Source: an uncultured Alphaproteobacteria bacterium | GTDB lineage: Bacteria; Pseudomonadota; Alphaproteobacteria; Rhodobacterales; Rhodobacteraceae | Direction of reading: 5' to 3' | DNA: 64,000 bases | Assembly (NCBI GenBank): GCA_963815355.1 | Contig: CAWFGJ010000004.1 | Location: forward strand, 39,098-103,097 | Shown here: positions 31,116-40,860 of the stretch, piece by piece | Layout: every line of letters begins with the position of its first letter | How positions within the stretch are numbered: the first letter of the stretch is position 1 | Translations under genes and position numbers: made by a program | Notes under the pieces: model-generated | What the model saw: only the letters and a program-made list of their open reading frames with translations | The model's database searches: none | What the model was told of the DNA's origin: nothing

Positions 31116-34108
31116 TGCGCGTCTTCCGTTTCGTCTGCGGGGCCCACCATGATCGCCTTTGCAGCATCCGAGGTTTCCCATTCCCCAAGGCGGGAAAGGT
31201 GATCGTAGTCACCCGGAAAGCGCTCTTCAAACACAGCGCGGCGCGCGGTGTAGCCCTTCTCTCGCACCATATAGCGGGTGATCAGCGTGATCAGCTTTTG
31301 CCACTGCTCGCCGATCAGGGCCTCGGTCAGCAAGGTTTCCACCACCTTTTCGCCCGCCCCAAGGCCGATATAGCTGATCATCGCCACGTCAGAAGGGCCC
31401 AGATCGGGAAAGCCGCCGCGCTCTGCCATTGCCGCGGCCAAAAGCAGCTGCTTTTCGTATTGCCGTTGCTGTTTTTCAGTGGGCGGGGTGCCGGTCTTGT
31501 AATCAATCAGATGCAATCGGCCATCAGGCAACCGGTCGATCCTGTCCGGTGTCCCGTAGAGGGTGACCGGCAAGGCGGGCAGTGCCAGCTCGCCGCGCGT
31601 TTCCAGCACCAAAGCGGTGCCGCCGTATTTGCTGTCTTGGGTCAAAAAATGATCCGCCGCCCGCTCCAGCCGCGCTAACCAAAGCGTGCGCGCCGAAGGA
31701 AACGGCGTTTCCTCGGCCAGAACCGATGCGGCGATTTCAAGCAGCCGCTGCCGCGCTTCGGCGCGGGTTTCATCGGCAGGGCGCGAGCGGACGAAGCGTT
31801 CAAGAATATCATGGAACAGCGTTCCGCGCTCTCGGGCATCGGGTGCCGCGCGCAGCGGGTCCAACGGGAAAAGCCGCAAGATCTGGCGGGCATAGATCGC
31901 GTAGGGATCTCGGATCAGCCGGGCCACTGCCGTCAACGCCAGCCGGTTGGGCCGGCTGCGAACGGGTGGTTGCGGCGAGGGCCGTGGCGCGGGCGCAAGG
32001 CCTGGATCAGCGCGCAAGCTGGCCGTCGGTTGCTCCAGTGCGCGGGCCATATCCACCCACTTCGCGCCACGCGCTTGCATCTGGCTGAGCGCCTCAGGCC
32101 CCCCTGGTCCCGGCAATCCCCGCATCAGGTTCACCAACCGGTTTAGCCAGCGCGAGGGCACCGTCTCGGCCTCGGCATTGCGCAGCGCCCGTGACAGGAT
32201 CACTTTTGGGGCACCTGCCGCCTGCTGATAATCATGTGCTGACAACCCTATCTGCCGCTCTGGCAGCAACAGGCCGGCATCCTTGCGCATTTTCCGGTTC
32301 AGCCAGGGGTCAGGTTCGGGCAACTTGGGCCAGATGCCGTCGTTAAGCCCGCCCAGAATGACCAACTCGGCCCCCTGAACCCGTGCGTCCAGCGTGCCCC
32401 AGATCAGAATGTCCGGATGCGACTGAACGGTCTCGCGCAGTTCCGTGCGCGACAGCAAGGCGTCCAGCAGATCGCGATACTCAACTGCGGTCATTTCCCC
32501 GCCATGGATCGCCTCAGTGGCAAGGTCGTCCATCAGGCCAAGGGCTTTTATTCCGGCCTCTTTAAGCCAAAGCCCGCCGCTGCCCTCGCCCGCCGGACCG
32601 CGCGCCAGCGACTCCGCCAAAGCCCGATGGCGCGCGACATGGCTGACCAGTGGCAGGGGGTGGCGATCCTGGGACAAATCCAGCGTTCCGGCCAACGCGG
32701 CCGCCCAATCCGCAATACCTTCTTCGTTGCGCGCGGCGGCCCAATTGATCAGATCTGTGGGTGTCGGAAAGACCGGCCCCTTGCGACGCAGCGTTAATTC
32801 CAGCGCGCGGGTAAAGCGCAGATGCTGACCCCGGCCAGACGCTTTGCGCGCCAAACCGGCGACCGGCTCACCGTCACTTGCGGTCATTGGATGCTTCAGC
32901 AGCACCAACAAACGATCGCTCGTCAGCCCCGTGCAGAACAAGTCGGCCACATGGCGCAGAAAGCGGCCCGGAGCCGACAGACCAAGGGGCTGGCCCGCGG
33001 CATCGTCGGGAAGAATAGCCCACCGATCAAGGGCCGCCGCGACCATCCGACCCAGCCCGCGATCCGGAGTGACGAGTGCGGCCCGAACGCCCGCCTCGGC
33101 CGCTTCGCGCAGGGCCAGCGCCACGGCCAGCGCCTCTTCCCTTGGCGTGGCCGCTTCGATCAGAGCCATTTCTGCCGTCGCTTCGCACAAATCGGGAAGA
33201 AGCGGCCCTTCGGTCAGCCAGCGATCAGTGACGGGGGCCGGGCGCAACGAAAGCGACAACAGACGGTTGCGCGCAGGGTTAGGTGCCGACGCCGCGCACC
33301 AAGGACGAAAACGTGTAGGGCTGACGTCCAGCAAGTCAGCCAGACGACGAAACCGATATTGCGGATGATCCTCAGCCGTCAGCGCATCCGACAGCGCCTC
33401 CCAAACTTCAGGCGGGGTATCCTGATCAAAGCCGGGCAAAACCACGGCCCCCTTCGGCAGTCTGGCGACCAGCTTCATGAAAAGCGCGGTCGCCCCGCGC
33501 GATCCTGTCGATCCCGCAACGATCACCGGATGCTCTGGCGGCTGTTCTTGCCAGAGTGCTGTCAAAGCCTCCATCGCACGTCGTTGACTTGCGTCGGTGT
33601 CATTGGCATCGCCTGCACTGAACTGACCGGCGATAATCCCCAAAAACGCCTGCGTTCGCGCCCAATGGGCCGAGTGGCCCGAGACGTCCAGCGCGGCAAG
33701 TGCGGCCGGGCTGACGCCCTCGCCCTGCATCTCATCCATCAGCTTTGCGAGACTGTCGGCGAGATCAAACACCGCCGCCCGTGGCGCAAGTTTCGGCTGA
33801 ACCTTCAGCAACCCACTGACCAACTGCGCCAACTCCAGCCGCCGCCGCAGCGCCGAAACGGGGGCTGGCAAAGCAAGCGACGGGTCGCTGGCCAAATCGC
33901 TGACCAAGCGGATTTGCGGCAGAAACATCGCCCCGCGCGCAATGAATTGCTCTTCCACCCGTCGCCGCATGCGCGCAGCGTTAACGTAAAGCCGAACGCG
34001 GGCCATTGCCTCGGGCGGCTCATCGGCCATGCGTTCGCAAAGCCCCATGACCAGCAAACTGGGAAAGTCGGCGCCCGGAGGTAGCGTGTAAACCCTCGGC
34101 TCAGCCAT
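31112..34108 (-). CDS. addB: Double-strand break repair protein AddB
   Basis: About 1000 aa, encoded upstream of addA, with a C-terminal nuclease motif (RLHLIDYKTG). Confidence 0.85.
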   Translation of the reverse strand: MAEPRVYTLPPGADFPSLLVMGLCERMADEPPEAMARVRLYVNAARMRRRVEEQFIARGAMFLPQIRLVSDLASDPSLALPAPVSALRRRLELAQLVSGLLKVQPKLAPRAAVFDLADSLAKLMDEMQGEGVSPAALAALDVSGHSAHWARTQAFLGIIAGQFSAGDANDTDASQRRAMEALTALWQEQPPEHPVIVAGSTGSRGATALFMKLVARLPKGAVVLPGFDQDTPPEVWEALSDALTAEDHPQYRFRRLADLLDVSPTRFRPWCAASAPNPARNRLLSLSLRPAPVTDRWLTEGPLLPDLCEATAEMALIEAATPREEALAVALALREAAEAGVRAALVTPDRGLGRMVAAALDRWAILPDDAAGQPLGLSAPGRFLRHVADLFCTGLTSDRLLVLLKHPMTASDGEPVAGLARKASGRGQHLRFTRALELTLRRKGPVFPTPTDLINWAAARNEEGIADWAAALAGTLDLSQDRHPLPLVSHVARHRALAESLARGPAGEGSGGLWLKEAGIKALGLMDDLATEAIHGGEMTAVEYRDLLDALLSRTELRETVQSHPDILIWGTLDARVQGAELVILGGLNDGIWPKLPEPDPWLNRKMRKDAGLLLPERQIGLSAHDYQQAAGAPKVILSRALRNAEAETVPSRWLNRLVNLMRGLPGPGGPEALSQMQARGAKWVDMARALEQPTASLRADPGLAPAPRPSPQPPVRSRPNRLALTAVARLIRDPYAIYARQILRLFPLDPLRAAPDARERGTLFHDILERFVRSRPADETRAEARQRLLEIAASVLAEETPFPSARTLWLARLERAADHFLTQDSKYGGTALVLETRGELALPALPVTLYGTPDRIDRLPDGRLHLIDYKTGTPPTEKQQRQYEKQLLLAAAMAERGGFPDLGPSDVAMISYIGLGAGEKVVETLLTEALIGEQWQKLITLITRYMVREKGYTARRAVFEERFPGDYDHLSRLGEWETSDAAKAIMVGPADETEDAQ

Positions 34109-34790
34109 TCAAAAGCGCCTCCGCCAAGGGAATGCTTTCCGGCCGACCAACATCACACCAGCCGCCCTCATGAACAAGGCCATATATCCGCCCCGTGGCG
34201 ATCTGGCGGTCCCAAAGCCGGTTCAGCGAAAAGACGGGCTCTTTTATTTCGGCCAAACCCTCAACGCGAACGATCTGCGCACCCAGATAAACCAACCCCG
34301 CCGCGCCGTTTGCCCGCGCCAAGCGGCCATTGGCATCCATTAGAAAATCGCCTTTTCCTGTATGGCCCAATACCGCTTCTGCCGGCGCCAGCAGCAGCAA
34401 GGCGTCCATCCGCGTGCCGTCCCACGCGCCCATAAGGGCCGTCAGCGGATTGGTCCCCGTCCAAACCGCGTCAGTGTTCAGCGTCAGAACCGGGGATTCG
34501 CCCAAAAGTGGGGTTGCCTGACGCAGCCCGCCGCCGGTTTCCAAAATGACGTCACGCTCCCAGCTAAAGCCGAAATCTTCACGGCCAGACAGGTGGTCGA
34601 CGATCTGCTGCCCCCGGTAGTGCAAATTGATCACCATACGCCGGACCTCTGCCGCATCGGCAAGCGCCAGCGCGTGATCCAAAAGCGGCCGCCCGGCAAC
34701 CGTGACCAGCGGTTTTGGTCGGTCGGCGGTCAGCCTTCCCATCCGGGTGCCGTAACCGGCCGCAAACAGCATCAGCGGAAATGGCCGCAT
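34101..34790 (-). CDS. Sugar-1-phosphate nucleotidyltransferase, MurU-like
   Basis: The N-terminal motif LFAAGYGTRMGRLTADRPKPL matches G-x-G-T-R-x. It is paired with an AmgK-like kinase gene upstream. Confidence 0.65.
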   Translation of the reverse strand: MRPFPLMLFAAGYGTRMGRLTADRPKPLVTVAGRPLLDHALALADAAEVRRMVINLHYRGQQIVDHLSGREDFGFSWERDVILETGGGLRQATPLLGESPVLTLNTDAVWTGTNPLTALMGAWDGTRMDALLLLAPAEAVLGHTGKGDFLMDANGRLARANGAAGLVYLGAQIVRVEGLAEIKEPVFSLNRLWDRQIATGRIYGLVHEGGWCDVGRPESIPLAEALLNG

Positions 34791-35782
34791 TGGTCCTCGA
34801 TCCTTGCCAGATTGGCGGTACTCGGCTCTGGTAGCAGGCTTTGGCACAGCTTGGCCAATGGCTCTAGCCCGGGCGCTGCAAGGTTGCGGTTAAGTTGGCC
34901 CCATACCCTTGGGATCAGAGCCAGGTAGCCGGATTTGCCCGCAACCAGACAAAGCCGCGCAAAAACCCCCAAAATCCGCAAGGCACGCTGCGTACCAAGC
35001 ACGGCATAGGCGGCACTGAACACCGCCAGGTCTTGCCCCGTGGTCTCGGCAAATCGACGGATCATCGCCTCTTCCGTCGCCAAAGACACCTCGCGCCGCG
35101 CGTCTTGCAAGAGCGAAACCAGATCATACCCCGGCTGCCCCATTTGGCCGAGTTGAAAGTCGAGCAACCCTACCCGCGCAAGGCCAGCCCGTTCCGGGAG
35201 CCAAAGCAGGTTTTCGGCGTGGTAGTCCCGCAGGATCAGGACGCGCGGGCCGTCCGCGCATTGCTGCAAGGCCTCGGTCACCACGGCCTCGAATGGCGCG
35301 GTTGGAACCCGGTCCCCGGTGATCGCAAAGCGGTACCATTCCAACGCAAAGGCGGCGGCCTTGGCCCAGTCTTTGGCAGAAAGATCGGGCAACCCCGGTG
35401 GTGCCACGCTGCGTTGCAAATGGACCAAAACATCGCACGCGGCGGCATAAAGACAGGTTTCTTGGGAAGGGTCTTGCTCCAACAACCGGGCAAAGATCCC
35501 GTCGCCAAGATCCTCCAAAAGCAAGAACCCCGCCTCAAGATCCTGCGACAGCACCCGCGGCGCAGAAAGGCCCAGCGCCTGCAAATGCAATGCAATTGTA
35601 ATGAAGTCTGCCGGATCATCCCCTTTTCCGGGGGGCGCATCCATCAAAACGGCGCGCCCGTCGCTTCGGGTCAGTCGATCATAGCTGCGATCAGAAGCGT
35701 CTCCCGCCAAAAAGTGCCGCTCTGCCGTGCCCCAACCGGCCCGCTCGATAAATCGTTGCGACTGGGCGCGCCGGTCAAGCAT
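34772..35782 (-). CDS. Aminoglycoside-phosphotransferase-fold kinase, AmgK-like (anomeric MurNAc/GlcNAc kinase family)
   Basis: APH-fold motifs (DASDRSYDRL, ILRDYHAENLLWL, GLLDFQ). The ATG at 35782 overlaps the tsaE stop region. Confidence 0.65.
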   Translation of the reverse strand: MLDRRAQSQRFIERAGWGTAERHFLAGDASDRSYDRLTRSDGRAVLMDAPPGKGDDPADFITIALHLQALGLSAPRVLSQDLEAGFLLLEDLGDGIFARLLEQDPSQETCLYAAACDVLVHLQRSVAPPGLPDLSAKDWAKAAAFALEWYRFAITGDRVPTAPFEAVVTEALQQCADGPRVLILRDYHAENLLWLPERAGLARVGLLDFQLGQMGQPGYDLVSLLQDARREVSLATEEAMIRRFAETTGQDLAVFSAAYAVLGTQRALRILGVFARLCLVAGKSGYLALIPRVWGQLNRNLAAPGLEPLAKLCQSLLPEPSTANLARIEDQCGHFR

Positions 35783-36263
35783 CTGTAGCGCCCCAGTCTT
35801 TGCGCAAGTCAGCGGCCAAAGAAGATCGCTCACCCACGCACAGCACCACGCGCCGCCCCTCCCCCTCATGTGAAAGGGTTAGCCGCGCTGCGTTTGACGG
35901 GGCCAATGACCCCAACCGGTCCGGCCATTCCACAAGGGTCAGGGCGGTGGCGAAAGCCTCTTCCAGCCCCAGTTCCATCACCTCATCGGGGTGGCTCAAT
36001 CGATAAAGATCGCTGTGCCATATCTCCAACCCATCCGCCTCATAGGTTTGGACGAGTGTAAAGCTTGGCGACGGGACATCCTCCATCCGGCCAAGTTTGG
36101 CGCGGATCAGGGCGCGCGCCAAATGGCTTTTGCCAGCCCCGATCGGGCCCTCCAGCAGCAGGCAGTCGCCCGCCCCCAGCCGCTCGGCAAGCCACCCGCC
36201 AAGCCGGTCAGTCGCAGAGTCGTCGGGTAGGTACAGGGAAAGGCAATCGGGCACATCGGACAT
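35775..36263 (-). CDS. tsaE: tRNA t6A37 biosynthesis ATPase TsaE (YjeE)
   Basis: P-loop GPIGAGKSHLARA, SPSFTLV and YRL motifs. Confidence 0.87.
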   Translation of the reverse strand: MSDVPDCLSLYLPDDSATDRLGGWLAERLGAGDCLLLEGPIGAGKSHLARALIRAKLGRMEDVPSPSFTLVQTYEADGLEIWHSDLYRLSHPDEVMELGLEEAFATALTLVEWPDRLGSLAPSNAARLTLSHEGEGRRVVLCVGERSSLAADLRKDWGATDA

Positions 36264-36328
36264 GCGCCAATCCTATCGGTCCGGTCAGCCGCTGCAAGAT
36301 CATCCTTGCCCCGTGCCGATCACGCGGT

Positions 36329-37957
36329 TCAGGCCCGACGGCGCGCGGCTTTTGGGCTTTGCGCGACGGTTTCCGCCAAAGCGTCTGCGATGCGAAACGT
36401 CGCCAAAGTCGCCCCGCCTGCCAAAGGCGCAAAGCGGCACAAAAGCCGCCGGCCGTCCAGCAATCGTTGCTCTGCCGTCCAGCTGATCCGATCCCCAACC
36501 GTGGCGACATAATCCTCAACCTCGGCCCAAAGAGCGCTGGGCGCGGAACTCTCCCGCCAACGCGCCGACAGGCTCGACACCGAACAATCCGCCAGGGTTT
36601 CAGACGGATCATGCCCCCAGACGGCAGAGTAACCCGCGTTCGACATCACCAACTGCCCCGATTGCGAAAAGACCGCGACCGCCTCATCCAACTGATCGAT
36701 AACCGACTGGCCCAGCTCAAGATCCGCCCGATACCGCCGGGTCCGCAGCATTTCCGATGATATATCCTCGAACATCAGCGCCAACGCCCCATTCGGATGC
36801 GGCCTACCGACGACACGAAAGGTCTGGCCATCCGGAAGGTTCCACGTTTCTTCAAACTGGCCTGACGCCGCAGCCCGCTCCATCTCGAGCATTTCTTTGC
36901 GCCAGTGGCAATAGTCCTTTGGCTCCGGGATCATGTTGCGATCCCGCAGCGCGTCCAGCACAGCCATCAGCGTCGGACGCAGCGACAGAAAATCTGGCGG
37001 CAAACCCGTAAGGTCCACTAACGCCGGGTTGAAAAGCTGCAAGTGCCGCTGGCGGTCAAAGATCGCCAGACCGATGGGAAGTTGGGCAAAGGTTTTGGTC
37101 AGCGTTTGCATGAAATCGCGCAGCGCGACTTCCGCGTGAACGGCGGTATCGGCGGGGGTGGCAAAGACCAAACGACCCATCTGATCGCCAATGATGGGCT
37201 GGCCGGCGGCGCTCGGCTGACTGCTAAGATCAAACCACAACGCACCCTTGTCGGGCATGACCAAGCTGGCCCGCTGCCCCTTGCCAATATGGGCGCTGGG
37301 CGCGCGCTCAAAGATCCGTGGCAGGGGCCAACTGATGTCCTGCCCTTGCGGCAGGCTTGCGATTGCCAGTTGCAAGTAGGGCGCGTTGGCCCAAATCACC
37401 TCACCCGCCGGCGATTCCTGCCATATCAGCGTTGGCGCGCGACCAACCACATCGCGCAACAGATCCAGCTCTTCCGCCATAGCCCGATGGATCAGCGGGT
37501 CACCCTGATAGGCACCCGCATCCTTGGAGGCGTCAGCAAGGCAAATCCGCAGCAAACCGCCACGTTCCTCGGCCTGCAGCATCATCGGAGCCCCGTGTGC
37601 GGGGTTCGAGACGCGCGTAATCCGCCCCTCCGTCGGGACGCGCGCAAGGTCGTTTTCGATATCGGGGAAATGGGGTACGGCACAAGCCAGCATGCGCATC
37701 CAATCCCCGCCGCGCACCGCTGATCTGGCAAGCAATGTCAGAGCGCTTGGCGAGCAATCAATCAGCACCTCGCCGTCAAACAAAAACACGGCCCCTTGAC
37801 CCGTTTCATCAAAGATGGAGCGTACTTTCTTGCGGGCAGGTTCTGAAAGGATGTGCATGACCAAAAGTCCGCCGGTCGCCGCCAGCAAAGCCGTCGCCGC
37901 CAGCGCGAAAGCAAGCGACCAGTCGGCAGAGCTTCCAAGCTTCAGGAACAAGCTCAT
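36329..37957 (-). CDS. Membrane-anchored multi-PAS domain protein without a kinase or other output domain (possible Rhodobacterales DivL-type protein)
   Basis: One N-terminal TM helix is followed by three or more PAS-like repeats (for example IWANAPYLQL, LQLFNPALVDLTG, LVMSNAGYSAVWG). There is no H-box or ATPase motif. Start taken at the ATG at 37957; the track start at 38008 is a TTG. Confidence 0.7.
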   Translation of the reverse strand: MSLFLKLGSSADWSLAFALAATALLAATGGLLVMHILSEPARKKVRSIFDETGQGAVFLFDGEVLIDCSPSALTLLARSAVRGGDWMRMLACAVPHFPDIENDLARVPTEGRITRVSNPAHGAPMMLQAEERGGLLRICLADASKDAGAYQGDPLIHRAMAEELDLLRDVVGRAPTLIWQESPAGEVIWANAPYLQLAIASLPQGQDISWPLPRIFERAPSAHIGKGQRASLVMPDKGALWFDLSSQPSAAGQPIIGDQMGRLVFATPADTAVHAEVALRDFMQTLTKTFAQLPIGLAIFDRQRHLQLFNPALVDLTGLPPDFLSLRPTLMAVLDALRDRNMIPEPKDYCHWRKEMLEMERAAASGQFEETWNLPDGQTFRVVGRPHPNGALALMFEDISSEMLRTRRYRADLELGQSVIDQLDEAVAVFSQSGQLVMSNAGYSAVWGHDPSETLADCSVSSLSARWRESSAPSALWAEVEDYVATVGDRISWTAEQRLLDGRRLLCRFAPLAGGATLATFRIADALAETVAQSPKAARRRA

Positions 37958-38024
37958 CGCAACAAACCCCCCGAATCCCAAGGCGTTGCACCTCAAGACC
38001 AGATGCAACCTATAGACGAATTCG

Positions 38025-38039
38025 TTAAGGCAATATTAA
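38025..38039 (-). promoter_or_regulatory. CtrA-type box TTAA-N7-TTAAC upstream of the PAS gene
   Basis: The minus strand reads TTAAtattgccTTAAC. This is 68-82 nt upstream of the ATG at 37957, in the AT-rich regB/PAS intergenic region. Confidence 0.5.
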
Positions 38040-38073
38040 TCAGAACGGGAAATCAAGAAGCGCTTAATCTTGT

Positions 38074-39459
38074 TCAGGCGATTTGTTCGTTTTGTCCCAA
38101 ACCTTGGCCCTGCTGCCAGCCAATGGCCCCTATTGGCCAAATAACCTCAACAATCGCTCCGCTTCGGTCGGGGCGTTCATCGCGCGTCAAAAAGGGGTCG
38201 GCGGCATTGGCAAAGGACAGCTCCGCCCCGGTTCGCTCCAGCAGCGTCTTGGCGATGAACAGGCCCAGTCCCATACCCTCATAGCCCGGTCGCACTGGTT
38301 GCGCCCGGTCCTCTCGACGGGAGCGCACAAACGGGTCGCCGATCCTTCCGATGACCTGTGACGGATAGCCGTCGCCATCGTCAATAATCCGCACTGTTAT
38401 GGTGCTGGTCGTCCAGACTGCATCTATCCAAACCCGCGCATGGGCGAAATCAACCGCGTTCTGCACCAGATTGCGCAGACCATGGATCACCTCGGGCGAC
38501 CGCAGGATCATCGGTTCACGCACTGGATTTCCCGGTGCAGCGGCAAGGGTGAATGTAACCTCTTTGCCGCGCGCGACATGAGGCTCAGCCGCCTCGCGCA
38601 AGACAGCCCCAAGCGGCGCCTGCTTCATGTGCAGGTCGTCTTTGCCCGCCTTGCCCATTGACCGCAGGATATCGCGGCACCGATCGGCCTGATCGCGGAT
38701 CAGGCGCGCGTCCTCCTGCATCTCGGGATTGTCGGCCAATTCGTCAATCATCTCGGCGCTGACCAACTTGATGGTGGCCAAAGGTGTCCCCAACTCATGC
38801 GCCGCTGCCGCCACAACGCCACCAAGGTCAGTCAGCTTCTGTTCGCGTGCCAAGGCCATCTGCGTCGCCAACAGGGCGTCAGACATCGAGTGCATCTCTG
38901 TCGCTACGCGCCGTGAATACAGCCCAAGAAAAGCGATCCCGATCACCAGGGCCAACCAAAACCCGAACTCAAACAGCTGTGGAACCACCAATTCGCCGCC
39001 CGCGTCAAAGCGCAGCGGCACATTGAACAGCGCAATTATGCTGACCGTCACGACCGCCAATGAACCGATGATCAGGGTGGCACGCAAATCCAGCGCCGAG
39101 GCGGAAACCGTTACGGGCGCAAGGATCAGCAACACGAAAGGGTTGGCCAAGCCGCCGGTCAAGAACAACAAAAGCCCAAGCTGGGCCAGATCGAAGATCA
39201 GGGTGACCAGAGATTCCGCCTCTGTCAGCCGCTTGTTCGACGGATAAAGATATACGGAAACAAGGTTGGAAATGATCGCAGCCCCGATCACCAGATAGCA
39301 AAGCCCCAAGGGCAGGCTGAAACCATACCAGCGGTCGGCCACGGTAATGGCCACCAACTGCCCAACCACGGCCATCCAACGCAGCAGCAGCAAAGTCCGC
39401 AATCGTAGCCAGTCGCTGCGTTCGGGACGAAGATAGGGGCTGTGGCTTTGTGTCACCAT
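38074..39459 (-). CDS. regB: Redox-responsive sensor histidine kinase RegB/PrrB
   Basis: Six TM helices carrying the GGLANPF quinone-site heptapeptide. H-box AAAHELGTPLATI, redox-box region and ATPase domain are present. The gene is divergent from senC-regA. Confidence 0.87.
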   Translation of the reverse strand: MVTQSHSPYLRPERSDWLRLRTLLLLRWMAVVGQLVAITVADRWYGFSLPLGLCYLVIGAAIISNLVSVYLYPSNKRLTEAESLVTLIFDLAQLGLLLFLTGGLANPFVLLILAPVTVSASALDLRATLIIGSLAVVTVSIIALFNVPLRFDAGGELVVPQLFEFGFWLALVIGIAFLGLYSRRVATEMHSMSDALLATQMALAREQKLTDLGGVVAAAAHELGTPLATIKLVSAEMIDELADNPEMQEDARLIRDQADRCRDILRSMGKAGKDDLHMKQAPLGAVLREAAEPHVARGKEVTFTLAAAPGNPVREPMILRSPEVIHGLRNLVQNAVDFAHARVWIDAVWTTSTITVRIIDDGDGYPSQVIGRIGDPFVRSRREDRAQPVRPGYEGMGLGLFIAKTLLERTGAELSFANAADPFLTRDERPDRSGAIVEVIWPIGAIGWQQGQGLGQNEQIA

Positions 39460-39549
39460 TTGGTCGCTGGGCCTTGCGCTCGGGAGAAGATTGTTAACGG
39501 TGCTGCGAAGTGCGATCAATGCGCAAGCACTGTTAAGATGGAGGCTAAG

Positions 39550-40170
39550 ATGACGCGGATTATGGCGCTGCTAGGCACTGCGGCTGCGATCGGGTTGGTG
39601 GCGGGTTCGTGGCTCTATATCCAACAACGTCAGGCAGGTGATCCCTTTGCTGATTGCCGCGCCGGCGTTGTGGGCGGGGGTGCGCTTGGCGGGGCCTTTA
39701 CGCTGGTCGATTCCGCCGGCAAAACGGTCACCGACAAAGAGGTCATCACCAAACCGTCGATCGTCTATTTTGGCTATACCTTCTGCCCCGATGTCTGCCC
39801 GCTTGATAATATGCGCAACGCCGAGGCGGTGGATATTCTCGATGAAAAGGGCATGGATGTGCAGCCGATCTTCATCAGCATCGACCCGGAAAGAGACACC
39901 CCGCAAGTCGTTGGCGAATTTGCCGCCAACCTTCATCCCAAAATGATCGGCTTGACCGGTAGTCTTGATCAGGTCAAAGCCGCGTCATTGACCTACAAGA
40001 CCTATTTCAAAAAGCCGGAAGACGGCGGCGAATTCTACCTGATGGACCATTCGACCTTTAGCTATCTGGTTTTCCCCAAGGATGGATTTGTCGAGTTTTT
40101 CCGCCGCGACGACACGGCACAAGCGATGGCTGACCGTGTTGCCTGCTTCGTGGACAAGGGCGCAAGCTGA
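39550..40170 (+). CDS. senC: SCO1/SenC copper chaperone (PrrC)
   Basis: CPDVCP motif and a TM anchor. The ATG at 39550 lies 6 nt after GGAGG. Confidence 0.87.
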   Translation: MTRIMALLGTAAAIGLVAGSWLYIQQRQAGDPFADCRAGVVGGGALGGAFTLVDSAGKTVTDKEVITKPSIVYFGYTFCPDVCPLDNMRNAEAVDILDEKGMDVQPIFISIDPERDTPQVVGEFAANLHPKMIGLTGSLDQVKAASLTYKTYFKKPEDGGEFYLMDHSTFSYLVFPKDGFVEFFRRDDTAQAMADRVACFVDKGAS

Positions 40171-40243
40171 TCCCATTCACTGCGCATTTGACCAACCATC
40201 AGATGCACCCTAGATTCGTCAAAAGACGAGAGGGAGAACCAAG

Positions 40244-40798
40244 ATGGCGGAAGATATCGGTGCGGAACTGGGACCAGACCGCACGCTCCTTCTGGTGGAT
40301 GATGATGAGGTCTTCGTCAAACGCTTGGCTAAGGCAATGGAAAAGCGTGGTTTCCTGCCCGAAATGGCCTCCAGCGTCGCGGCGGGACGTGCCATCGCAA
40401 CCGCCCGTCCGCCCGCCTATGCCGTCGTCGATCTTCGGCTGGAGGACGGCAACGGCCTTGACGTTGTCGAAGCCCTGCGCGAGCGCCGCCCGGATTGCCG
40501 GATTGTTGTGTTGACGGGCTATGGCGCAATTGCAACGGCCGTTGCGGCGGTAAAAATTGGCGCCACGGACTATCTTTCCAAACCCGCCGATGCAAACGAA
40601 GTCACGCGCGCACTTTTGTCAAATGCCGACGTATTGCCAGAGCCGCCGGAAAATCCAATGTCAGCCGACCGGGTGCGTTGGGAACATATCCAGCGCGTGT
40701 ATGAAATGTGTGAGCGCAATGTTTCCGAAACCGCGCGCCGCCTTTCAATGCATCGCCGCACCCTTCAACGGATTCTTGCCAAGCGCAGCCCAAAGTAA
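40244..40798 (+). CDS. regA: Response regulator RegA/PrrA
   Basis: Receiver domain (VVDLRLEDGNG) and the near-invariant RegA HTH NVSETARRLSMHRRTLQRILAKRSP. Confidence 0.95.
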   Translation: MAEDIGAELGPDRTLLLVDDDEVFVKRLAKAMEKRGFLPEMASSVAAGRAIATARPPAYAVVDLRLEDGNGLDVVEALRERRPDCRIVVLTGYGAIATAVAAVKIGATDYLSKPADANEVTRALLSNADVLPEPPENPMSADRVRWEHIQRVYEMCERNVSETARRLSMHRRTLQRILAKRSPK

Positions 40799-40860
40799 TT
40801 TCCTTTTCTTGAGTTTTGTTTCGTCCGAGATTAAGAGGGCGAAACTCAACTTAACAGGAT

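Noticed and set aside
27837-34084. Long plus-strand ORFs (up to 420 aa) inside addA/addB
   Set aside because: They are antisense to well-supported helicase-nuclease genes. Their products are Arg/Gly/Pro/Ala-rich with no motifs and no RBS. These are typical GC-rich shadow frames.
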